A DNA stretch of 62,846 nt, filler included, from Chrysochromulina tobinii (Eukaryota): NCBI GenBank assembly GCA_001275005.1. It is 5 parts of 5 records of this genome, joined end to end, with 100 filler letters (N's around TTAATTAATTAA, not from the genome) between each part and the next. Parts side by side here need not be neighbours in the genome. Positions count along the whole stretch, not along the records: positions 50,904 to 57,421 come from JWZX01001266.1; positions 57,522 to 62,846 come from JWZX01001267.1; 3 more parts are not named here. One strand, given 5' to 3'. Position 1 is the stretch's first letter. Each line of letters begins with the position of its first letter. The notes under the pieces were generated by a model. The model worked only from the letters and a program-made list of their open reading frames with translations. It searched no databases and was not told the origin of the DNA. Below, piece by piece: positions 50,904 to 60,500 of the stretch. Position numbers and translations under genes: made by a program.

Positions 50904-53900
50904 GGCGGGGCCTGCAGGCGCACGGCAGGCGGCGGCGCCCCCCCCGCCGCTGGCAACTGTGCGTCCGCCGGCGCCACGGGCGACGGCGGCGGCGACGCGT
51001 GCGGCGGCGGTGACGCGGGCGGCGGCGGCGACGCTAGCATCAGCCCATCAATCTCCGACTCTACCAGGCGCGTCTGCGTCAGTGCCATCGCCGGGGAGCT
51101 CTCACTGGGCACCAGATGCGACGGTTGCGGCTGCGGCTCTGGCGGCTGCTGCTGCTGCTGCGGCTGCTGCTGCGGGTGTGGGTGCGGGTGCGGGCTGCCA
51201 GGGCCCCCTAGCGGCACCGATGGTGGCTTGGCGTTCACCGCCGCGATCGCCTCCGCAATCGCCTCGTCCGCCTCCATCGCCGCCTGCTCAGCCAGCGCAA
51301 ACATCTGTGCGGCGGTGGCGGCAGCTTCCTCGGCAGCAGCCTCGGAGAGGAGGGCGGCCTCCTCGGCGCGTGAGGCGAGGCTCTCATTGCTCCGCGTGAA
51401 CCAGCCGTCCAGTGCTCGCTCGGGCGCCGTGTCGAGCATGCGCTCGGGCGCCGCCAGCCACGAGGCCGTCGCTAGGGGTATCGCGGCCGAGGTGGCGTCG
51501 AGGGGCGAGCCGAGGGGAGAGCCGACACGGCGCTTGGGTCTGCTCCCCAGCAGCTGGGTGTCGAGAGGCGTGGCGATCGGGTGCGGCCGGATGGCCAGCT
51601 TCAGAAGATCGGAGGGCGCCAACGGGTACTCCTCGAAGCCGGAGGGCGCCAACGGGTACTCCTCGAAGCCGGAGGGCGCCAACGGGTACTCATCGAAGCC
51701 GGAGGGCGCTAAAGGGTACTCATCGAAGCCGGGCGCCCAGTCGGCGGCGCCCGCAGCGGTCGCCGACTGGGCAGAGTGGGAGGAGGCCGTGGTGGTGGGG
51801 TCGGCGGCGCTGGCAATCCCGGTCGCACCGACGTCGACGTCCTGGAGCCGCTGGTAGCCGACGCTGCCCGTGCGCAGTGTGATCTTGAGGTTCGTCACAT
51901 TCGAGGAGCGCAGCGCCGTCGCGAGCTCGTGCTGGGAGATCACACCGGTGCCTTCGCGGTCCATGGCGCCGAAGACGGCGTCGACGTCCCGCGAGCTCGC
52001 ACGAATCCCGAGCGCGCGAACGGCCCGGCACAGTCCCTCGCGGTCGACGCGCCGCTCGCCGCTCGCATCCCACGCGCGCAGCAGGTCGATCAAGCGCCGT
52101 GCCGAGCGCGAGAGCGCATCGAGCAGAAAGGCGCGAAGCGCGAGCTCCGAGTCGACGCGCCCCTCGTGATCTGGGCCGAGCTCGCGGAAGCGCTCGCGCA
52201 GCGAGGTGCGCGAGTGCGTGCCACCGCCCATGTCATGAGTGCGCACGAGCTCGCAGAACTGGGTGAAGTCGAGGGGCGAGGCAGCCGCCGATGCAGGCGA
52301 AGCAGTCGAAGAGGGTGGGTGCAGCGGCGAGAGGCGCGGCGCGGCGACGGCGGCGCTGCCGCTCATGGTCATGGGCGCGTCGGAGCAGACAGACGAAGAT
52401 GACACCGCTGCGAACGCCATCTCGGAGGCTGCCGCGCTCGGTACAGCGCTCGGTGCGCGGCTGGGCATCACACTCGCGCTCACACTCGCGCTCGGCACAG
52501 CGCCCAACGCCATGCCCGGCACAGCGCCCATCGCCACGCCCGGCACAGCGCCCATCGCCGCGCCCGGCACAGCGCCCAACGCCACGAGCGCGATCGCGGC
52601 AACAGCCTCGTCGGCCAGCTGAGAGGGCGCCGGTGGGGGGTAGGTTTTTGGTGGGGAGGTGTTTGGTGGGCGGGCGAGGGAGCAGACGAAGTCCGCGGGC
52701 GCGATGGCGGCAGTGCAGTTCGGCGACGCGCCGCCCGACACGGCGCCATGCGGCGCTTGAGGTCGCGACGAGTGTAGTGCGATGCCGTTGATGCCCCCAG
52801 CGCTCTCTCCGATGCCACCGCCGCCAGCGCTATAACCGCCGGCGCCGCCAGCGCTGTAACTGCCACCGCCGCCAGCGCTGTACCCGCCGGCGCACGCGCC
52901 ACAACCACCGCAGCCGCCGCCGCTGCTGCTGTGCCCGCTATGACCGATGGCGGGGGAGGATGACGCGCCCCCGCCCGCGCCGCCGCCGCCGCCATCCGAG
53001 GGCGGCGGCGGGAAGCGTCCCAAATTAGGAAAGCCGGGTTCAATAGGAACGCCTGCATGGGCCGCATCCGCCTCGTCGCCATCCGCCTCGTCGGCATCCG
53101 GGGGCGCCGTCGTGAGCGCGGGGGGCGCCGTCGCCTGTGGCGGCGGCTGCGGTGGCGGCTCCGATGGAGGTGGCCATAGCGCGTTCGACAGCGGCGTGCG
53201 CGGAGCGGGGAGGAGCGCGGGAAGCGCCGTGGTGAGCGCATGGTGCGACTCGTCGCGCTCACCACGGCGCGCCTCGAGGAGAGAACGGAGCGGTGGTGAA
53301 GCCACCGCAGGCGAAACCACCGCAGGCGAGGCGGACGACGAGCCGGGAGAGGAGGCGGGTGAGCCTCGCTTGCGCATCGCCTCCGCCCGCGTGTACCCTG
53401 CGGGTAGAGGGACGGCGGCCCGCAGGCGGGAAGGCGCCGCACCCCTCGCTGCCGCTGCCGCCGCCGCCGGTGCTGGGACTGCCGGGACTGCCGGCGCTGC
53501 TGACGTAGCTGACGTGGCACGTCCCTCGAGGGGGCTGGCGCTCGCCACGGCGCTCGTGCTGCGTGGGCTCGCATGGGTGGACAGACCCGATGGCACCGTG
53601 AGCGCCGTCGTGAGCGCCGTCGGGTCGCCCACGCCCCGTGATGAGCTCGGCAATCCGATGGGGTTCGTCAATGGCTGCCCCTGCGGGCTCACGACGGCGC
53701 TTGCCCCTCCATTCACACTGGCCCCATCGGGGGGGCTTGCCAAAGCGTGAATGGGGGTACTTGCCAAAGCGGGGCTGCTTGCTTTGGGGTGGCTCGCTTC
53801 GTCGCAGGCTGGCTGCGAGGGCGGCGTGCTCAGCGCGGGGGCGCTCGGGGTTGGGCTGGGGCCCGCCGAACCGCCCGCGACGGCGCTCTCCACCGCGACG

Positions 53901-55942
53901 GCGCTCGCCATCTGTGACGAATCCGAGAGCCCGGGTGCCCGGCACGGCGCCTCGACGCCTGCTGTGGGCGTCGTCGGTGGCGGCGACAGCGACTGCGCCT
54001 GCGCCGGCTGCGGCGGCGCAGGCGGCAGCGGCGGCGACGCAGGAGGCGGCGCGTCGTGTCGAGCAGGCGGCAGCGGCGCCCCCGACGCAGCGTTTGCGGC
54101 GGCGGCCGGCCGAGTGCTGCCTCGGAGCAACTGCTGATGAGCGCCTTCATCAGTGGGGAGCCACTGATGAGCGCCTTCATCAGTGGGGAGCCACTGATGA
54201 GCGCCTTCATCAGTGGGGAGCCCGAGGCGTGCCTGGAGCAGGAGCTGCAGGAGCTGCCGCTGCTGGTTCGCCTGCCGCTCGTGGGCGGCCACCAGCTGGC
54301 GTGCGTGCAGGGCCTGCATGCGCGCGGTTCGCTCGGCAGGGCGCTCGGTAGGGCGCTCGGCAGGGCGCTCGGGCTCGCCGCCCTCCGCCGAGGACGGACT
54401 GTACGACGCCCGATGCGGCGCTCCCGCCGCGTCTGGGCGCGCCGTATCGGGCGCGGGCGGCACGGGGGGCAGCGGCTGCGGCGGCGGTGCGGGCGCATGG
54501 CGCGCCGTATCGGGCGCCGACGTATTCCGCAGCACGCTGCTCGGCGCGCCAGCGCCCGCAGCGCGAGCGGCCGCTGCGCCAACGGCCGTGCCAGCGCCTT
54601 CGAGGCTCGCACTTACGCAGGCAGCGCCGTCTCGGGCACCCACGCAGGCAGCGCCGCCCACGCGAGGCTGCGAGATGGGCTCCGCGCGCGGCGAGATTGC
54701 GACCTGCCTCGAGATGGGATCTGCGCGCGGCGAGATGGGATCTGCGCGCGGCGAGATTGCGATCTGCCGGCAGCGCGCGGCGAATCGGAGCGTCGATCGC
54801 AGGTGGTCGACGAAGCGGCGCTCGAGGCGGCAGTGCGCGAGGATCACGCAGCCACCATCGAGGGTGAGCGGGCCCTGCAGCAGGCGGGTCAGCCGCGCAT
54901 CCTTCCACTTTGCGAGCGGCGGCCGCGCAGCCTCGCCGCCAGCCCCCTCGCCGCCGCCCCCCGGCGGCCCTGCGCCCAAGGCGGCGCGCGTCGTCAGCCC
55001 TCGGACGACCTCCCCGAGAGCGTACAGCGAGGCGTTGATGGCTCGCCCCTCCACCTGAAGGAGCGAATCGCCATGGAGCCGTTGCCTCATCAGCTCACCC
55101 CGAGCCGCCGCTTGTGTGATGGTCTCGGCATTCCGCAGCTGGTTCGGGTCGGCGGCGCCGGCGAGGTCGACCAGGGTGAGCTTGGCGCGAGAGGGTGGCG
55201 CGGGAGCACCGCAGGCGCCTGCCGCCGACGCACCGTCCGCGCCACCACCGCCGCCGCTTCCGCCGCCGCTTCCGCCGCCGCTCGGCCCACACAGACGGAT
55301 CGTGAGCACCGCATGGCCGCGGTGGGAGCGCGCAAGCGGCGTGTTGATGCGCGGGCGCGCGCCCACGTGACGGCGCTGCTCGGCGTCACGCACGAGCTCG
55401 ATGAGCTCAGTGCCAGTACGCACAGGCACGCGCGAGCCGCCGCCGTCGGGAGCTGCAGTGGGCGACTCCCGCAGGCGCACCGGCCCGTTGCGCGCGAGCA
55501 GGTCGTAGAGCCCGTCGTTGTAGAGCTCGATGAAGGAGGCGCGCACCTCGCAGCTCGCGGGCAGCTCCGCGAAGAGGTGCATCGCCGCCCGCGGTAGCAG
55601 GCCGGGGCGTGCGCCCTGGCTCGTCTCGAGGAAGAAGAGCGTCGACGACTTGCCCGAGCCCGACTGGCCACATGCGATGAAGGAGGCACGGCCGCCGGCG
55701 AGGACGCGCTCGACGCCCGCGGCCACGACGCCACGGTACAGCTGCTCGGCTGTGGGCGACTCGGCCGCCCAGTCCGCGTCCGAGACGGGGTGCCCCTCAA
55801 CAGAGAGCACAATGCCTCCTGTCGCCGTCCGGACTGCTATCCGCGTTGTCTCCGACGAGGAGGCCGTGGACCGGCGGAAGATGACGGCGGCCTTGGGCGG
55901 CTTGAGCAGCCATACGCCATCGCCTGTTGCCGCATCCGCCAT
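50904..55942 (-). CDS. Divergent kinesin with an N-terminal motor, long low-complexity stalk and EF-hand-like cluster; 3' end truncated
   Basis: Motor: GQSGSGKS, SFIELYND.LYDLL, SHRGH, LVDLAG, AINASL.ALGEVV, RLTRLLQ and STLRFA. EF-hand-like: WDASGERRVDRE and FGAMDREGTGVISQHEL. Confidence 0.85.
51610..51731 (-). repeat. 30-nt tandem repeat, 4x (GF[DE]EYPLAPS)
   Basis: Repeated CGGAGGGCGCCAACGGGTACTC.TCGAAGC. Confidence 0.92.
54134..54221. repeat. 30-nt tandem repeat, 3x, each unit with an internal hairpin CTGATGA-GCGCCT-TCATCAG; possibly inside an in-frame GC-AG intron
   Basis: Repeated CTGATGAGCGCCTTCATCAGTGGGGAGCCA. A CAG|GCACGC donor-like site lies just upstream on the - strand. Confidence 0.85.
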
Positions 55943-57299
55943 GCCCGCAACTTCGAGCGCGGGCCGCAACGTCGAACTGATTGCTTGGCCGGCACTTGAG
56001 CACTTGAGGACAGCCCAGCTCGAGAGAGTCGCAGGGACCTCCGGGTGACGCTTTCACAGTTGGAACAGCGGAAAAGCGGGCTACTTACTCAGAGCCTAGG
56101 TCTCTCTTTCTCCTGCGATTTGCTTTTAGATGTTTGTGCAGACTTCTCGCCGAGAAGAAAATATGGGCCCAGGGGGCGAGGGCTGGGGACCCGCTTTTCT
56201 TTTCGTCTCTCTATACAAAAACTTGCACCCGGACCCGGTCAGCGGAAACCGCGGACGCCACCTACGGACGCCTCCCACGCAGCCGGGCGGGTCGGCGGCA
56301 GGCGCAGGCCTGCGGCGCACCGCCGGGCCGGCATCGGTGCGAGGCAGCCTCTGTGGGTTACGCACACGCACCAGGCGGGGAGGCGACGATGGCGGGGCGC
56401 GGCGCGTGGAGACTAGATGGCGGGGCGTGGCGCGTAGAGACAATGGCGTTATCGTCGCCTCCCCCGGTTCTGGATGCCGTCCCACATCGCCTTGTAATGC
56501 GCCGACGCTTCCTTGCTACCGTGCCCGTCGGGGCGGTGTTGGAGACGTCGGCGGCATCGAACCTGCGTGCACCGACGCGCCCGATGGTGCGCGCCCCCGT
56601 GGGGAACGCAAAGACGCACTCGACACTGTCGCATTACGACGGTGTTGAGCACAAGTAGCTTTCATCGCCGCGGCCGCCGCCGTAGCCTCCGTGGGCGTCA
56701 AGCCGCAGGCCGAGGCACCACATTCGGCGCCGCTTGCGCCGCGCAACACGCTGCGTCGGCGCCTTCGCCGCCGCACCTGCACAGCACGCGCGCGCGCTCA
56801 GCGCCATCGATCCGTGCTGCGGGCACGAGCTGGCCCGACTTGAGAGTCCGAGCGCAGCTCCTCCGTAGCGCGCGCGCGTCAAGGCGCGCGGCGAAAAGGG
56901 CGGGCAGGTCGATGGCAAATGGAGAGATGGTTGGGAGCAGCGCCGTCCTCCGACGCGCCTGAGCCGGCCGCAGCGGGACGCGGAGGCGCGCGCATCGCGC
57001 GGAGCGCAAAAAGGTTGCACGCACGCACGAATTAAAAAGGGGTCCGAGCCAGTACCCTGAAAGGCTACTGCGCTCGCCTTTTTCAGGGTCCCCAGGATTT
57101 CAGCTCTTGGCATTCTGACATCGTAGGTACATGGCCCACGCCACGATCCCACGACGGTTTTGTGCGCTGAGGAATCCCTGATGCGGCAGGAGCCGATTGT
57201 TACGCTGAGGAATCCCTGTTGGGGCCGATTGCATCTCCTTGGAGACGCTCGCGGGATTGGGGGAATTTTACTATACAAGAAAAGGGAATTTTCTATACA

Positions 57300-57420
57300 A
57301 GATATCATTATATATCATCATATATCTTGATTATATCATTGTGTATCATGTGTATCATCGTCTTGTATCTCATATATCATGTCCCTCGTCGACACATGAT
57401 ATATCGCTTGTATCATCTTT
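57300..57420. repeat. AT-rich degenerate (TATCAT)n low-complexity tract at the contig end
   Basis: Repeated ATATCAT/GTATCAT units. Confidence 0.7.
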
Positions 57421-57421
57421 T

Positions 57422-57521
57422 NNNNNNNNNNNNNNNNNNNNNNNNNNNNNNNNNNNNNNNNNNNNTTAATTAATTAANNNNNNNNNNNNNNNNNNNNNNN
57501 NNNNNNNNNNNNNNNNNNNNN
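57422..57521. other. Artificial contig linker
   Basis: N44-TTAATTAATTAA-N44. Confidence 0.99.
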
Positions 57522-60500
57522 CAAGTTCTGCTGGCCGGTGGTCGCCTCGCTCAGGCGTGACCCCGCTGCGCGGAACAGGTACTGCCAGACTCGCGGGCAT
57601 GCTCGCTGCGTCAGCGGCGAGGCGCACGTCCAGTCGGCCGAGATGCGCGCTTTCTTCGACACGCTCTTCAGCGGCAAGAAGAAGAGGAAGCAGGATTTTG
57701 AGCGCGGTCGGGACCTGGACGGACCCGACCGTGACTACACGTCCAAGGGCAAGGCGGCCAAGCTGGCGAGCGACCTTGAGGCCGAGTTGCGGGCCATCCC
57801 GCCCGGCTGGCCGCCGGCGCTCGGCAAGCTCGGCGCGCGCATGGCATTCCCGGATGGTGCCCACATAGTGCCTGGGTACAACTCGGCCGAGCCTGATGTC
57901 GACGAGGTGGACTGGTCGATGGCGGCTGGCGCTTGGGCTATAGACGACGCGGCTGGGACGAGCGGCGAGCTCGACGCGGCGGCGGCGGCGGCCATGCTCA
58001 GCCTGGGGGCAGCCAAGGGCGGCGGCGCGGCGGGTGGCGGAGGAAAAGGCGGCGGGGGCCGCGGCGCCAAGGGGGGAGGGAAGGCGCGAGGCGGGGCCGC
58101 CAAGGGTGGTGGCAAGGCGAAGGCCGCGGTGGAGGCGGGCGATGGAAAGGACAAGGGAGCCCAGAAGGGCGGCAAGGGTGGCGGCAAGGGCGGCACCAAG
58201 GGCGGCGCGAAGGGGCGCGGTGGAAGGGGTGGCAAGGGCGGCGGCCGCGCTCGTGTGGTGGCCTTCGCCTCGGGAGTTGCGGGCGCGGTGCAGTCGGCGG
58301 TCAAGGCGAGCAGGGCGGCGGTGCCCATCCTGCTCGCGCCGCTGGCGACCTCGTACTCCAAGATCATCCTCTACGTGCTTGCGATCTCGGCCACCTCGGC
58401 CCCCTCGCTGTTGCTGCCGTCGGGTGGCGGGGTGTGGGGGCGTGCGGCGCCTCGTACCTTTGCGGGCGCGATGGCGATGAAGGGGGCCTCGGCCGCGGCG
58501 ACGCGCTGGGCTCCGGCTCTCTTCGCGTGCGAGCCGACGGGGCTCACTGCCCACTACGTGGCCGCGCAGCGGCTCTCGCCTGGCGCCGTCGGGTGCACTA
58601 ACTGGCTCGCGGTGTGCTTGGTCTCGCCCGGTCTCGAGGGCGCTCCCGGCACTGTGTGGCGTGGGCTCGGCGAGCTCGATGGATCTGCCGAGCACACGAT
58701 GGCTGCGGTGGCGGCGTACCGCGGCCACAGCCTCCTCTACAGCCTCCCGAACCTGTCGACTCGCGACCCGATCTTTGACGGCGCGGTGCGCGATGAGATC
58801 GACGAGGCGCTGGGTGTGGGCGGCCATTTCGAGGTGGGCAAGCGAGCGGCAATGCCGCCGTTGCCTGGGCCATCCCAGGGCTTCGAGAGAGAGCCGCGCA
58901 GCTTCGAGGAGATGTGGGCCGTACATCGGTCCGAGGTGGCGGAGCTGAGGAAGGTGTTCTCGACGCCAGGGCCCACCCTCACCGCAACCGAGGCTGACCG
59001 CCTGGCAGGCTCTCTCTCTGCGGGTTTCGGTGACGCTGGGGATGGGTCACGGCTGCCTGACTCGCCGCGCGCGCTCGCGGTGGGTTTCGACGCGATCTGG
59101 GCGGCTGACTGCCCGGCGTGGCACGCTCGGGTGGGCGAGGCTGATCCTGAGCAGATCCCGCTGGCGCTGCGCGAGGCAGGGGCGCTGGCGTCGTTCACAG
59201 ACGACGCGCTGGCGATGGCGCCGTTTGCGACTAGGTGCCGGCCGCCGGTGACTACCGGGCGGCCGCCCCCTGCCGGTCAGCGATCCGGGCCGCCGGGCCC
59301 GCGGAGCTACGAGGGTTTCTACCCGCCGGGCCATTTCAGGTCGAAGGCTGACCCTTGGCTGCTCGCGCAGCACGCGTACCTGCTCGACGCGCTCGAGCAC
59401 GGCGAGGCGTGCACGGTCAAGCCGCCGAAGGCGCTCCTCTTCTCCGACCACGAGAGGCTGCCCGAGTTTCGAGGGCGGCTGTACGAATACAGCAGCGCAC
59501 GCGACGAGTACGTTCTCACGGACACGTCGGCGCCTGCCACCACTCATCTCAACCTGCCGTTCGCCGCCCAGTTCTCGGGCGACTACCCCGATCGGGAGCT
59601 CTTCAGCACGCTCGAGTTCGGTGTGGACTTTGACGCGGACAACCTCGAGATGCAGGTGGTGCTGCCTCCGCACCTGCTCTCGCTGGCGGGCGGTCTCTCG
59701 AAGGTGCAGTCCGACATCGCGGGGAGAGCAGGGCGGGGCTGGTACGAGGTCTTTGATCGCATGCCGTTCAACCCGTGGAGGCCGCAGCAGATGGGCTCGA
59801 GGCCCAAGCCGAACGGCAAGTACCGGGTGATTGTGAACGCCTCCTTCCCGCACAGCGAGCTGGCGGACGACTATGGAGTCAGAACTCACTCACTCAACTC
59901 GCTCTCTAAGCGCAGCTACGACGCCGTGCGCGGCTCCGATGGCAAGCGCATGTGCCGCATGCTCGCCATGGTTCGGGTCACCGCGCGCTCGCCGCCGCCG
60001 CACGCCTCTGATGCTGTGTCACCATCGGCGGCCGCTGCGTTCGCGCCTCGACTCGGCAAGATACGCGTTGAGCGTGCGGAGGCCACGCACCCCTGGAGCG
60101 TGAGTGGGGGGGCGGGGTCGCTACTCGGCACCCCCTTCTACGCCTCTAGCCCAGATCAGCAGGGCGCGGCCTGTGATGCTTACGATGTGCTCCAGTCTAG
60201 CCCGAATCGCTCGGCGTTCACCATCGCGGCCGAGTTTGGGGTCAAGTGCAATGCGTCACAGGCAAAGGTCTCGGCGCGTGCTCGTGCCTCCCTCGAGTCC
60301 GTGCTGGCCGCTGGCGTTGCGCGCGGGCGCAGCCTGCAGCTCGCCGCGCGCGGTCCGCCGGGCAGAAGTCACCTGGACTCGGTGGCGGGCCGAGTCGAGG
60401 CGAAGGCGCGCCTGCTCCACGGCGCGCAGCGCGTGTCGCTCGCGGTGGTTGGCACGGGCGAAAGGCAGGTGCTGCATCTCTTCGCTGCCACGGATGATCT

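Noticed and set aside
53100..53620. GCTCAC(C/G)ACGGCGC partial matches to the intron 3' module inside the kinesin ORF (ALTTA peptides)
   Set aside because: They lack the GCATGCAAGT half and clear donor/acceptor pairs, and a similar string occurs in an SPPL exon (~32328). They were not counted as introns.
54134..54221. CTGATGA repeats suggesting hammerhead ribozymes, also in the intronic TGATGA satellites
   Set aside because: There is no correctly placed GAAA core or three-stem arrangement, and CTGATGA is sequestered in its own hairpin or in a simple satellite.
56045..57308. Cluster of 90-220 aa ORFs and a short tandem duplication upstream of the kinesin
   Set aside because: No domain signatures or consistent coding frame; it cannot be called a gene or an element.
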